Origin: an uncultured bacterium | Lineage (GTDB): Bacteria; SAR324; NAC60-12 | Reading direction: 5' to 3' | Length of the DNA stretch: 64,000 nucleotides | Assembly (NCBI GenBank): GCA_965662235.1 | Contig: CBFIGY010000010.1 | Span: 30,170-94,169 of the forward strand | Made by a program: the position numbers and the translations under genes | Notes under the pieces: generated by a model | What the model saw: only the letters and a program-made list of their open reading frames with translations | Told to the model about the DNA's origin: nothing | Databases searched by the model: none | Part shown: positions 29,102 to 41,408 of the stretch, one piece after another | Numbering within the stretch: position 1 is the first letter of the stretch | How the letters are laid out: every line of letters begins with the position of its first letter

Positions 29102-29117
29102 AGCAGAGAGCGTGCCT
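29102..29117 (-). promoter_or_regulatory. Sigma54 (-24/-12) promoter of amtB
   Basis: Minus strand AGGCACGCTCTCTGCT has GG-N10-GC spacing, about 60 bp upstream of the ATG. Confidence 0.7.
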
Positions 29118-29178
29118 GATGAAAATATTTTTTTAAGTAATTGATTTTGTTATTCTAAAAATTAAGATGACAAATTAT

Positions 29179-29195
29179 TGCCAATAATTTGTGCA
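29179..29195. promoter_or_regulatory. NtrC-like enhancer binding site
   Basis: TGCCAATAATTTGTGCA resembles TGCAC-N7-GTGCA; an AT-rich tract separates it from the sigma54 site. Confidence 0.6.
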
Positions 29196-29372
29196 CGTGT
29201 TTTAGTCGATTTTTGAGGCGTTTGCTTGTTTTTTGGACGAAGGCTTTCTCCGGAGCAGACGGCTGGTCCAGCATTTGGGGACCGGCGGAGCGAGGGCCGC
29301 GCCTGAGGTTCACCCCCCAGCGTCTCTCGCCTTCCGTAACGGGGGATTCCGGATTCAAGGCGGGCTGGATGA

Positions 29373-31787
<2,415 letters not shown>

Positions 31788-31944
31788 AGCGAGGGCGAGG
31801 GGGGATTCTTGATTCGATGAGCCCGGTGAAGCTGATTTTGCGGGCCATTTATGACTGCTTCAACCGCCTGCTCTGCAGGCAGCAACGGAAGTCATCCGAG
31901 TTGAACAGGCGTAACTGAAAACCTAAATAAGGAAACAGAGGACC

Positions 31945-32928
31945 ATGAGAAACGTGAAAGTCGCAGTTACCGGCGCCGCCGGACAAATCGGTTACGCCAT
32001 GCTCTTCCGCATTGCGTCCGGAGCCGTGTTTGGCCCCAACACCACCGTTGACCTGCAGCTCCTGGAGCTTGAGGCAGCCCTTCCGGCGCTTGAAGGCGTG
32101 AAGATGGAACTGGACGACTGCGCGTTCCCGCTTTTGAACAAAGTGGTGACCACATCCGATGCAAACGTGGCCTTCAAGGACACGGACTGGGTTCTGCTCG
32201 TGGGCGCTGCGCCTCGGAAGGCCGGCATGGAGCGCAACGACCTGCTCCGCATCAACGGCGGCATTTTCGTGGGTCAGGGCCAAGCGATCAACGAAAGCGC
32301 AGGAGACGACGTCCGCATCCTCGTGGTCGGCAATCCCTGCAACACCAACTGCCTCATTGCCATGAACAATGCCCCCCGGATTCCTCGGGACCGCTGGTTT
32401 GCCATGACGGCGTTGGACGAAAACCGGGCCAAGACTCAGCTGGCTCAGAAGGCCGGCGTTGCGGTGAAGGACGTCACCAACCTGACCATCTGGGGCAACC
32501 ACAGCGCCACTCAGTATCCGGACTTCTTCAATGCGAAGATTGGCGGAACCCCGGCGCCAGAGGTGATCAGCGACCATGAGTGGCTCAAGGGCGACTTCAT
32601 TTCCACCGTACAGCAACGCGGTGCCGCCATCATCAAGGCCCGCGGCGCGTCCTCTGCTGCTTCGGCCGCCAATGCGGCTCTGGATACCGTGATGCGCATG
32701 GAAAATCCCACTGCGGCGGGCGACTGGTTCAGCACCGGGGTTCCCAGCGATGGCAGCTATGGCATTCCGGAAGGACTGATCTTCAGCTATCCGCTGGTCA
32801 GTAAGGGAGGAAGTCAGTGGGAGATCGTCCAAGACGTTCCCGTCAACGACTTTGCTCAGGAAAAAATCAACGCGACCCAAGCCGAGTTGGAAGGGGAGCG
32901 TGAAGCCGTTAAAGACATGCTAGGGTAA
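31945..32928 (+). CDS. mdh: Malate dehydrogenase (type 2)
   Basis: [56 protein letters not shown]. Confidence 0.97.
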   Translation: MRNVKVAVTGAAGQIGYAMLFRIASGAVFGPNTTVDLQLLELEAALPALEGVKMELDDCAFPLLNKVVTTSDANVAFKDTDWVLLVGAAPRKAGMERNDLLRINGGIFVGQGQAINESAGDDVRILVVGNPCNTNCLIAMNNAPRIPRDRWFAMTALDENRAKTQLAQKAGVAVKDVTNLTIWGNHSATQYPDFFNAKIGGTPAPEVISDHEWLKGDFISTVQQRGAAIIKARGASSAASAANAALDTVMRMENPTAAGDWFSTGVPSDGSYGIPEGLIFSYPLVSKGGSQWEIVQDVPVNDFAQEKINATQAELEGEREAVKDMLG

Positions 32929-32934
32929 AGCTTC

Positions 32935-34110
32935 ATGAAAATTCACGAATATCAAGCGAAGCAGGTTCTGGCTCAGTACGGAGTCACCATTCCCCGAGGA
33001 AAGGTCGCTCAGACCCCTGAAGAGGCGGTTGCCGCTGCTCAGGAATTGGGCACCGAGGTGTGTGTCGTCAAGGCCCAGATCCATGCAGGTGGCCGCGGAA
33101 AAGGCGGTGGGGTGAAGGTCTCAAAGGGACTGGATGCGGTTCGAGAGAACGCCGAACAGATCATCGGCATGCAGCTGGTCACGCACCAAACCGGTCCGGC
33201 AGGGCAGAAGGTCAAGCAGGTCCTGGTTGAAGAGGGCATGGACATTGTGAAGGAGCTCTACTGCTCCGTGCTCGTGGACCGCGGGCAGCAACGGGTGGTC
33301 ATCCTCGCCTCCACGGAGGGAGGAATGGACATTGAAGAGGTTGCAGCAAAGACGCCGGAGAAGATCCTCAAGGTGTTTGTGGACCCGACCATTGGTCTGC
33401 GCCCGTTCCAGACGATGGAGCTGGCGTATGGCTTGGAGATTGACAAGATCAATCCAAAGCTGATTCGTCCGGCAGCGGCCCTGTTTCAGTCCCTCTATGA
33501 TGCCTTTGTCGCAGAAGACTGCTCCTTGGTGGAGATCAATCCGCTTGTGCTCACAGGAGACGGACGGGTGATTGCTCTGGATTCCAAAGTCACCTTTGAT
33601 GACAATGCCCTCTTCCGGCACAAAGCAACCCTGGAGTTGCGGGATCCGGATGAAGAGGATCCTCTGGAAATCGAGGCAGCAGAGTCCAACCTCAACTACA
33701 TCAAACTAGATGGCACCATTGGCTGCATGGTCAACGGAGCCGGACTGGCGATGGGGACGATGGACATCATCAAGGCTTATGGCGGTGAGCCCGCCAACTT
33801 CCTGGACGTCGGAGGCACGGCGACTCAGGAGACGGTGGAGAAGGCCTTCAAGATCATCACGAGTGATGCCAACGTGAAGTGCATCCTCATCAATATCTTC
33901 GGAGGCATTGTCCGGTGCGACATGGTTGCGGCTGGAGTCATTGCCGCCATCAAGAACGTCAACCTGCAGATCCCTGTGGTGGTCCGTCTCGAAGGCACCA
34001 ACGCCGAAGAAGCCCACACCCTGGTGGCTGAATCAGGACTGGGAGATAAGCTGCAAATGGCAGACGGCCTCAAGGACGCAGCTCAGAAAGCGGTGGCTGC
34101 GGTCGCTTAA
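32935..34110 (+). CDS. sucC: Succinyl-CoA synthetase beta subunit
   Basis: [49 protein letters not shown]. Confidence 0.96.
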   Translation: MKIHEYQAKQVLAQYGVTIPRGKVAQTPEEAVAAAQELGTEVCVVKAQIHAGGRGKGGGVKVSKGLDAVRENAEQIIGMQLVTHQTGPAGQKVKQVLVEEGMDIVKELYCSVLVDRGQQRVVILASTEGGMDIEEVAAKTPEKILKVFVDPTIGLRPFQTMELAYGLEIDKINPKLIRPAAALFQSLYDAFVAEDCSLVEINPLVLTGDGRVIALDSKVTFDDNALFRHKATLELRDPDEEDPLEIEAAESNLNYIKLDGTIGCMVNGAGLAMGTMDIIKAYGGEPANFLDVGGTATQETVEKAFKIITSDANVKCILINIFGGIVRCDMVAAGVIAAIKNVNLQIPVVVRLEGTNAEEAHTLVAESGLGDKLQMADGLKDAAQKAVAAVA

Positions 34111-34151
34111 GCCGCACAGAATCCCTTTCAGGTTCGCTCTTTTTCCGGTAT

Positions 34152-34185
34152 CCTGCTTCTGATGTTTTTGTGTTTCAGAAGCAGG
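34152..34185. terminator. Inverted repeat between sucC and the tRNA
   Basis: CCTGCTTCTGA-N12-TCAGAAGCAGG, a perfect 11-bp stem. Confidence 0.55.
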
Positions 34186-34195
34186 CCCTCCTTCA

Positions 34196-34271
<76 letters not shown>

Positions 34272-34489
34272 AAACTTCCCCTTCATTCCTTCATCGACTG
34301 AGATCCCGAAGAAGCGATTGCTTCACGGAACCCCTTCCTCCTGATTCCGAAGGCTCAGGCCACGGCTTCTTGTGGCACAACAAGCTCTAGGACCTCGCCA
34401 TGAGTGCGGACACGCCGGAAAACAGCTGACGGAGGGGAGGAGACTGCTGGCCCAAGGCGTTCCTGAGGCAAGCAGCCGGTCTGTGGGCG

Positions 34490-34780
34490 TCAGTTGCGCT
34501 CGGTCAACCAGACGATTCGGGGGTCACCACTCAGGAAGGGACCCAAGACGTCCATGAGTCCGGTGTCGAGGCGCCACTGAAAGTACTTTGCCTGATGCTC
34601 CCGGGTTTCCCATTCCTCATACAGCCACAGGAAGCCGTCATCGTCTTCCGGAACCCACACGTCCACTTTCTGGTTGCCGTCATAAGCGCGGGTGTCTGGA
34701 AGTGCGGAGTTGACGACGTCAATGAACGCTTCTCGCTTCTCGGGAATGACGGGGAACATCAGAATCATCTTTTCTGCCAT
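34490..34780 (-). CDS. Antibiotic biosynthesis monooxygenase (ABM) family protein
   Basis: LPDTRAYDG, LYEEWETREHQAKYFQWR; AGGAGG RBS. Confidence 0.8.
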   Translation of the reverse strand: MAEKMILMFPVIPEKREAFIDVVNSALPDTRAYDGNQKVDVWVPEDDDGFLWLYEEWETREHQAKYFQWRLDTGLMDVLGPFLSGDPRIVWLTERN

Positions 34781-35045
34781 AAGCCTCCTGATTTGTTTAA
34801 AAAATTTGCATTGAGCCGCAGGGCGACGCAACAGAGGGGCCTAGCGTATCAGGCGTCCTTGCCAAGTCAATAGCGAGTTGGGGCGATCGCGCGTTGGCAG
34901 TGCCTGAGCAGGAGAAACGGTCAGCTGCCGCGAAGAGGAAAAGAGTGCCCGGAGGGGGCGCACGTGCCACCAGTAAGCATGGAGGAAGTGACTCCTAGGC
35001 CGGTTCTGAGGACCAGGCTCCGACCTAGGAGCAACTGAGGAAGGA

Positions 35046-36035
35046 TCAGTCGAAGGGGTGTGGCCGCGGGGTCGCGTTGGTGGAAGGGGGCAAAATCGGA
35101 AGCTTAAAGTCAGGTTGCTTGCCGGTCAGCGTTTTGAGAAAGGCGACAATCTGCGCATTCTCTTCTGCGTTGAAGCGCCTTCCCAGCTGCAGGCGCCCCA
35201 TGAGGTCCACGGCCTCTTCCAGGGTCCACACGGCGCCATCGTGAAAGTAGGGATACGTCAGTTCCACATTCCGGAGCGTGGGAACCTTGAAGCGGAAGCG
35301 ATCGGCATCCTTTCCCGTCAGCCCAGCCACTCCTTCAGAGGGGTTGGACGTCTGGTAGGGCTCAATGAGCCCCATCTTCTGAAACGAGGCTCCTCCCACA
35401 GCAGGGCCATTGTGGCAGGCCACGCATCCGCTGGTTTTGAAAAGCTCATAGCCCGCCCGTTCAAAGTCCGTCAGGGCCTTCTTGTCTCCAAGCAGCCACT
35501 TGTCAAAGGGAGCATCTGGCGTCACCAGGGTTTCTTCAAAGGCGGCAATGGCGTCGGTGACCTGAGCAATGGTGATGGCTTCCGATCCAAAGGCCTGGTG
35601 GAAGCGTGTCTGGTACTCGGGAATGGAGCGCAGGACATCAACGGCAAGGGCGTGGGTGAAGGCCATCTCGCCAGGGTTGGCAATGGGCCCTCCCGCCTGT
35701 TCCTGCAGGTCCCGGGCACGCCCGTCCCAGAACTGCGCTAGGTTCATGCTGGAGTTCAGAACCGTCGGCGCGTTGATAGGGCCTTGGGACCAGTTGTGGC
35801 CAATGGAGGTCTGGAGGTTGTCGGTTCCGCCGAGGCTGAGGTTGTGGCAGGAGTTGCAGGAGATGAAGCCTGACTGAGAAAGACGGGGGTCAAAGTACAG
35901 CATCTTGCCCAGCTCGACCAAGCGGATGTCACGAGGGAGGGGCTTGACGAGGGGCTGAATGGGTTCTTGGGCCTGAAGAGCAGGCGCCAGGGGCAACGCC
36001 AGGAACGCTGCCACCAGAAAGTGACGTAAACGCAT
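35046..36035 (-). CDS. ccp: Di-haem cytochrome c peroxidase
   Basis: Signal peptide; LYFDPRLS, CNSCH, QFWDGRA, CVACH, FKVPTLRN, PYFHDG. Confidence 0.95.
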   Translation of the reverse strand: MRLRHFLVAAFLALPLAPALQAQEPIQPLVKPLPRDIRLVELGKMLYFDPRLSQSGFISCNSCHNLSLGGTDNLQTSIGHNWSQGPINAPTVLNSSMNLAQFWDGRARDLQEQAGGPIANPGEMAFTHALAVDVLRSIPEYQTRFHQAFGSEAITIAQVTDAIAAFEETLVTPDAPFDKWLLGDKKALTDFERAGYELFKTSGCVACHNGPAVGGASFQKMGLIEPYQTSNPSEGVAGLTGKDADRFRFKVPTLRNVELTYPYFHDGAVWTLEEAVDLMGRLQLGRRFNAEENAQIVAFLKTLTGKQPDFKLPILPPSTNATPRPHPFD

Positions 36036-36285
36036 ACGGTCTCATGGAGGAGAAGAAAGGCAAAAACGCGGGTACCTTCCAGTATGACGGACGCTCCCTT
36101 TATGGAAATCCGTAGATCTACCCAATATAATCCCCAGAAAAATACCCAGTCCGGATGGAGAAAAAGAGGAAGAAAGGGGAACGGCGGAGGAGTCAGGAAG
36201 GAGAGAGACCCACCCACCGAGACCGGTACTGCGGCAGGCGCAAGGGGCTCTGTGCAGAGCACCCTCGCTTTTTCAAAGGAGGGAA

Positions 36286-36324
36286 GAAAAGTATGACCGC
36301 CTTCAAGGGAAGACAAGCATAAAA
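36286..36324 (+). repeat. 39-bp direct repeat, copy 1
   Basis: GAAAAGTATGACCGCCTTCAAGGGAAGACAAGCATAAAA; 37/39 identical to 37773..37811. Confidence 0.93.
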
Positions 36325-36357
36325 TGTTGCCCTGACCTCCTTCAGGACTTCAAAGAA

Positions 36358-36885
36358 CTAGCTGGCGCTTGAGGAAAAAACACAACTCTCTTCCAAGGAA
36401 GGATTGTTCTTGATGAGGGCTGAAATGTCATTCAAGAACTGTTTTGAGTCATTTGGTTCTAGGGCTGCCTCATGGAACAAGTCTTGATATTGATCTTGCA
36501 TTGCAGCAGCTAAAAGAGTCCCATCTTGGCATCCATGGAGGGAGGCTAGGGTTCCAATATGAGTTTCCTTTCCTCCAATGCCTTGAGAGGCTTCTTCTCG
36601 CAAATAGTCGTAACTTCCTGCCACAAAAATCTCTTTCTCTGCTTCTAAGAAAGCAAGAAATCCATCACAACCTGATGTTGAACTTGTTGTTGCGGCAGTA
36701 TATGTAGGAGATGAGAAAAACCAGTTGATACCTGCTTTACTAAGTTTTTCTACCGTACCACTGCCGCTACCAACGACTTCTCCACCAGGTCCACACTGCA
36801 TAAAGCCAAACGCATTAGTTCCCATGAACAAAAATGCGCCAAGCAATAGTGTCGTGTATTTGATCATTTTTCTTGTCATAACCAC
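36358..36885 (-). CDS. DUF3015-like exported protein (AT-rich)
   Basis: Signal peptide; CG.G, TTSSTSGC, L.EEASQG.G...TLASLHGC pattern; near a DUF4105 gene. Confidence 0.7.
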   Translation of the reverse strand: MVMTRKMIKYTTLLLGAFLFMGTNAFGFMQCGPGGEVVGSGSGTVEKLSKAGINWFFSSPTYTAATTSSTSGCDGFLAFLEAEKEIFVAGSYDYLREEASQGIGGKETHIGTLASLHGCQDGTLLAAAMQDQYQDLFHEAALEPNDSKQFLNDISALIKNNPSLEESCVFSSSAS

Positions 36886-37400
36886 CTCTTTACATAGAAT
36901 TTGGCTTCGTTAGATCGATACAAAAGGGTAACTGTTCAGCACCCCTTTATGCCGGTTAAATAGTGATGTTTAATGATAAAATAAAAAACTGCCTTCATTC
37001 AGAAAGCATTGAGTATTTATAAAATCATTAAAAATCATTAAGTTAGATGAGGGCCACATCAATTCATTCGCAAATACTCCCATAATGAATAGTTAACGAA
37101 AAAGAGCATATCCTAGAAGCTTTCAGGATACACCCAATAAGAAATGGCTGAAGAAGACAAGGGTTGCCGCATCAAGCAGCCTCCCTCATCTTGCTCTCTA
37201 GTTGGGTCAGCCCCCCATAGAGAGAGCTTAAACCACCTATTCATGAATACATGACCATCCACTGGGGTAGCAATTTTGCCTCACGCTACTCCAGCCGCCG
37301 TTCACTCTCAAGGTATATTAGAAAAAAATATCGAGTAACTGCTCAGCATCCTCTTCCCTGCTCTCTGAGGAGGGTGTGCTCAAGAAAAAGGGTGATCTGC

Positions 37401-37694
37401 CAGGACAATCGCATTAAAACCAAATTGCACTTTGGAACCGATACGCTGGTTGAAATTGAGTTTTGGGCCAAGGAAAAACAGGACTGGCCGCCGCCGCACC
37501 TCCGTCTTCCTCACCGGATTCCTTCGCACAAGACCGTGGGGCGCCTTTTGAACCAGATGGACCCGTAAGAGTTCATTGCCTCCTTTCAACGCTGGGTCCG
37601 TGGTCAACTTCCTCAGTTGGCCGACATGGTTGCGAGTGATCGCTACCGGGCTCAACTCATTGGGGCGAAAGCATAACTTCACGCAATTGCCCTG
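37401..37694 (+). mobile_element. Internally deleted ISAs1-family IS remnant (transposase pseudogene)
   Basis: Imperfect terminal IRs (CAGGACAATCGCAT / ACGCAATTGCCCTG). Internal GTDTLVEIEFWAKEKQDW..HLRLPHRIPSHKTVGRLLNQMDP*EFIASFQRWV resembles the ISAs1 transposase N-domain and has an in-frame stop. Confidence 0.8.
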
Positions 37695-37772
37695 ATCATC
37701 AACTCAGAAGGGCACCACCAGAGTTTGGTGAAAAATAACAGCTGAGACCCCGAGCTAGGCCCCATCTGCGAG

Positions 37773-37811
37773 GAAAAGTATGACAACCTTCAAGGGAAGA
37801 CAAGCATAAAA
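37773..37811 (+). repeat. 39-bp direct repeat, copy 2
   Basis: GAAAAGTATGACAACCTTCAAGGGAAGACAAGCATAAAA. Confidence 0.93.
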
Positions 37812-37833
37812 ACTCGTATGCCCGCATTTCTCC

Positions 37834-39849
37834 TCAAAAGTACCAGTGCATAGCCAACCGGGCTTCGGTGCCAATCCAGTGCTCCAACTCCAGCCGGAGG
37901 TCGCTCTGAGACGTGAGGGTCCAGCGCTGGTGAAGCTGAACGCGCTCGCTTGAAAACGTGGGGCCACTGAAGTCCTGAAAGTGAGCAGCCTCCAGCCGAA
38001 CTTGCCACGCACGTGAAGTTGATAGGGTCACCCCCAGATGCGGGGCAGTGCCCCAGGTCGTGGCGCTCCAAGAGTCCCGAGGTGCCTGCCCAAAGAGGTC
38101 GACAAACGCGAAGACCTTCCCGGAGTCACCGAGCGCTTCAACAAAGCCTGCCCCGGCTTGAAGGCGAAACACACGGCAGGCCGCAGGCGAAAGGAATGGG
38201 GAGGGCCCTGAGTCGTTTTCTGCCTGTTCCAACGCGTCTCCCCAGGGCTGTTCTGGATCCTTCAGGCAGCCGAGGTCGCGACGTTCCCAACCCGACCGGA
38301 TTCGCCAGTTCCAGCGAGAGGCCATTGGGAGTCCAGAAGGAGGAACGCTCAGCTTCTCAACGCGGAAGAGCTCAAGCTGCGTGAGGCTCACCTCTCCGTC
38401 ATTGATACGAATCCGGGTGTCGAGTGTGGTCAACTCTGCATCGGGTAGGTGCCCTGTGGCATCACCCAGCGCGTCCCGATACGAACTCCAGATGCCCAGC
38501 TCCAGCGCGGCGCCGGAGGCTTCATTTCCGATGGCAGCAACCCGGATGCGGGTGGGAGGCGTTCCCTGTGTCGGCGGCAGCAGAGGGTTCAGGTCTTCCG
38601 GAAGCCCCATTGGAGGCAACTGGCTCCGTCGGAGGAGCACGGTTTGCCGCAGCGTTTTCTGTTCCTCAGACAGCTCGCCGTCCTTGCTGTACTGCTGCCA
38701 GTCGATGAAGGCGTCCAGCACCCGCGCCTGGGTGACCTCCGGAAGCGCCTGCAGCTCCGGATCGTCCGGGCGAGCGCGACCCTCTGCGAGGCGGTTGAGC
38801 CAGTCCTTGCCGGTGTCGTCAAGCAGCGCGGCTCGTTGCTGAAGGCGTCGCTGGCGCGACGGAATCAGCGTGGGCTCGCCCAGCAGTGAACCTCCAGCCT
38901 CCGCCTCTAGGCTCTGGGTCTTGAAAACCACATCCACCGGAATCACCCAGAGGGCGCCAGGGGTGTTGATCCGTGTCTCATCCGTCCAAGCGTGCTCAAG
39001 CAGCTCCGCCTGACGGTAGGCGCAGTTGTCGAGAAAGAAGTAGTAGCGGAAGCTGATGTTCTGAAGAAGTTCCCAGGTGTGCCGGGTGATGCGTTCTCGC
39101 TGCTCCCGGGTCAGCCGTAGGGGGTACTCCCAGAGGTCCCGCAGTTCGTTTTCGCCATAGACGTGGTTGAAGTTGTAAAAGCGCTCATCAGAGAACATCG
39201 CGCTGTAGCCGCCGAACAGGCCTCGGAAGACGTACTCCAGCGGGTGGTCATCCGGATTGGTAATGGCCCCAAAGTTGAGGGTGGGGCTGAGAAGCGAATG
39301 CCCAAACCACTGATTCCCCGAGTTGAATTTGATCAGCAGGTGACCGTAGAGCGACGCCGGATTGTCCAGGTAGGCCGAGACAAAGACCAGGCTCATGTCC
39401 TGAGCTTCCGGGAGGTTGGACCAGCGTTCAAAGAGGGGGCAGGTCCCCTCCGGAAGTTCCGGAAGCGCCAGGTGCGTTTTCAGCCAGTGGTACCGCCCGA
39501 CGAAGCGGCACCGGGGGTGCGCGTTCGGGTCCTCTCCAACCGGAGAAAAGAATCCGGAGAGGGTTGCGTCCAGCTCAGCCTGGGGGTTCGTTTGTCCCTC
39601 TGGACTCAGGAAAAAGTGCGGCGTGATGACGTCGCTTTCAGAGGCCCACTGTCCCACCGACTCCCCGGGGGAGTAAAAGTGCAGCAGCTTGAGCCAGTAG
39701 GGGTGCTCGGCAAGTCCTAGGGAGCGGGCCTGTTGCTGAAGCTCCGCCACTGGAGGGACAGAGCGGGCGGATTCGACCGCCAGGGAGGCCACAGGCAAGG
39801 CCAGGAGGCCCATGAGCAGTGCCGAACAAAGACAGATGAAGGATCGCAC
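37834..39849 (-). CDS. DUF4105 (Lnb-like) domain protein with probable C-terminal beta-barrel
   Basis: WLKLLH, CRFVGRY.WL, NPASLYGHLLI, GLFGGY, E.RDLWEY.L, YYFFLDNCA; ends in MHWYF. Confidence 0.85.
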   Translation of the reverse strand: MRSFICLCSALLMGLLALPVASLAVESARSVPPVAELQQQARSLGLAEHPYWLKLLHFYSPGESVGQWASESDVITPHFFLSPEGQTNPQAELDATLSGFFSPVGEDPNAHPRCRFVGRYHWLKTHLALPELPEGTCPLFERWSNLPEAQDMSLVFVSAYLDNPASLYGHLLIKFNSGNQWFGHSLLSPTLNFGAITNPDDHPLEYVFRGLFGGYSAMFSDERFYNFNHVYGENELRDLWEYPLRLTREQRERITRHTWELLQNISFRYYFFLDNCAYRQAELLEHAWTDETRINTPGALWVIPVDVVFKTQSLEAEAGGSLLGEPTLIPSRQRRLQQRAALLDDTGKDWLNRLAEGRARPDDPELQALPEVTQARVLDAFIDWQQYSKDGELSEEQKTLRQTVLLRRSQLPPMGLPEDLNPLLPPTQGTPPTRIRVAAIGNEASGAALELGIWSSYRDALGDATGHLPDAELTTLDTRIRINDGEVSLTQLELFRVEKLSVPPSGLPMASRWNWRIRSGWERRDLGCLKDPEQPWGDALEQAENDSGPSPFLSPAACRVFRLQAGAGFVEALGDSGKVFAFVDLFGQAPRDSWSATTWGTAPHLGVTLSTSRAWQVRLEAAHFQDFSGPTFSSERVQLHQRWTLTSQSDLRLELEHWIGTEARLAMHWYF

Positions 39850-40048
39850 GGTCGCGAGGCTTGGAAGAGGTTAAGGGTTTCCACTTGAAGAAGCGGCCTT
39901 ACCATAGCGATCCTCAGCCTCCACCTCAAGCCCTGAAGTGGAGCCTGCGCCTGATCCCGGAACGGTCACGATCTTCCAGATGGCTCGCTCGGTCCAAAGC
40001 GCTCCTCCGGAAGCAGACCCTCACGGGGGCAGGCTCCACTAGGTAGGG

Positions 40049-41275
40049 TCAACGGGTCAAGGAACTCTTCCAGCCGGGTTCATGGTCCACGTGGATTCGA
40101 GGCACGGAGCCTCCAGCACTGACCCGCGGGGGCGTCAGGCGAGCGGAGCTCTTGCGGTGCTGACTCAGTTGGTCCATCTGAATGCTGGCGTTGCCCTGAG
40201 TGGCTTCATAAAAATTATAGTAGTACGCAGTGCCGTCATCTCCACTGAGGCTGAACCAGTCCAAGGTATCTTCCACTTCCTGCAGCTGCGCGTCTGTGGG
40301 CAAGGCTGACCCAATGAGAACCGCAATGGCCCGGAACTCTGTTTGAGAGTTGGGGTAGGCTGGTGAGCGTGATCCACCCAAAGCGGCCTCTAGGTTGTCC
40401 TTTGTGTATTCGGTGAGGGTTGTTGCTGTGAATTTCCCCACGCGCAATTCTGCGAGCGCGGCATCGTAGCCCGAGCTGATGGTTCCTAATCCAGAGAAGA
40501 CGGTGAAGTTGTCGACATCGGAAAGAGGAATCAGCCCCATCAGGTACAGCTCTAGGTTGGAGTAGGGGAGCCCATTACCCCCGTTGGCGTTGGGTCCAAA
40601 GCCAGCCTCACCCGCGAACTTCCCTTGATACTGGTCGTTGCCTAGGTCCACAAATTCATCAAATCCTCCCAGCTGCCCTCCGACGCTGGAAAACCCCCAG
40701 TGCGAACCATTGCCTGCCCCGTAAGGCTCCTCAACCCAATTGTTGCTGGCATCGGGGCTCAAGCTGAAGGTGTTGATCCCATGGTTGGCCCAGTTGTGGG
40801 AAATTTCATGAAGCGATGGGCCAGACTTGAGGTAGCGGCGTGCTGCCAACCACAGGAGAGAACGCAGGGTCCCGGATGCGCCGTAGCTGGAAGTGTAATC
40901 GTACGTGGAACTTCCAATGCCAGAAACGTCATTCCGGAGGGTCTGATTGATACCATAGGCACTGGTGGAATCCTTCTCGGCCTCGTTCACAATCAGGAAA
41001 ATGAAGTCAAAGTCGTCTTCCATGACGGAGTACAGCTCCTGGGTCAGACCCTGAACAGTTGCACTGGCTGGAAAGCCTTGCTTCCACTCAGCATAGTCAG
41101 TCGCTGAAACCTGGGCAAAGACCACCTTGTCCGACTCTGAGAGGTAGAGGCGGTCAGAGAGAGGGGTCATGGTGGCACTGGCAGGGGTCTCTCCGGACTC
41201 ATCTTTCTCACTACAGGCAACTGTAAGGAAAACCGTTAAGGCAATCAGCGAGGAAAAGCGGAGCAAGGCATTCAT
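40049..41275 (-). CDS. Lipoprotein, putative zinc metallopeptidase
   Basis: Lipobox TVAC; DDFDFIF, LHEISHNW (HExxH), SHWG, YSNLELYLMGL. Confidence 0.75.
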   Translation of the reverse strand: MNALLRFSSLIALTVFLTVACSEKDESGETPASATMTPLSDRLYLSESDKVVFAQVSATDYAEWKQGFPASATVQGLTQELYSVMEDDFDFIFLIVNEAEKDSTSAYGINQTLRNDVSGIGSSTYDYTSSYGASGTLRSLLWLAARRYLKSGPSLHEISHNWANHGINTFSLSPDASNNWVEEPYGAGNGSHWGFSSVGGQLGGFDEFVDLGNDQYQGKFAGEAGFGPNANGGNGLPYSNLELYLMGLIPLSDVDNFTVFSGLGTISSGYDAALAELRVGKFTATTLTEYTKDNLEAALGGSRSPAYPNSQTEFRAIAVLIGSALPTDAQLQEVEDTLDWFSLSGDDGTAYYYNFYEATQGNASIQMDQLSQHRKSSARLTPPRVSAGGSVPRIHVDHEPGWKSSLTR

Positions 41276-41408
41276 GGGAATCCGTTCACGTCTGAGGTGA
41301 AGCGACCTGAAACACCATCAGGTCGCAACAGAAGGTGCGAGGGGGCTCAATCAGGCACTGAAGGACAGGTGCCATCCCGACCCCACCCCCTAAGAGGTAG
41401 GGCTCAGC

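Noticed and set aside
36327..36334. TTGCCCTG next to repeat copy 1, matching the ISAs1-like right end
   Set aside because: Only 8 bp, wrong context for a composite element; likely chance.
37251..37568. 105-aa ORF as an intact gene
   Set aside because: Only its 3' part is transposase-like, and the similarity continues past the stop codon, so it is a pseudogene fragment.
36286..37811. 39-bp repeats as a CRISPR array
   Set aside because: Only two copies about 1.45 kb apart, no spacer pattern and no cas genes.
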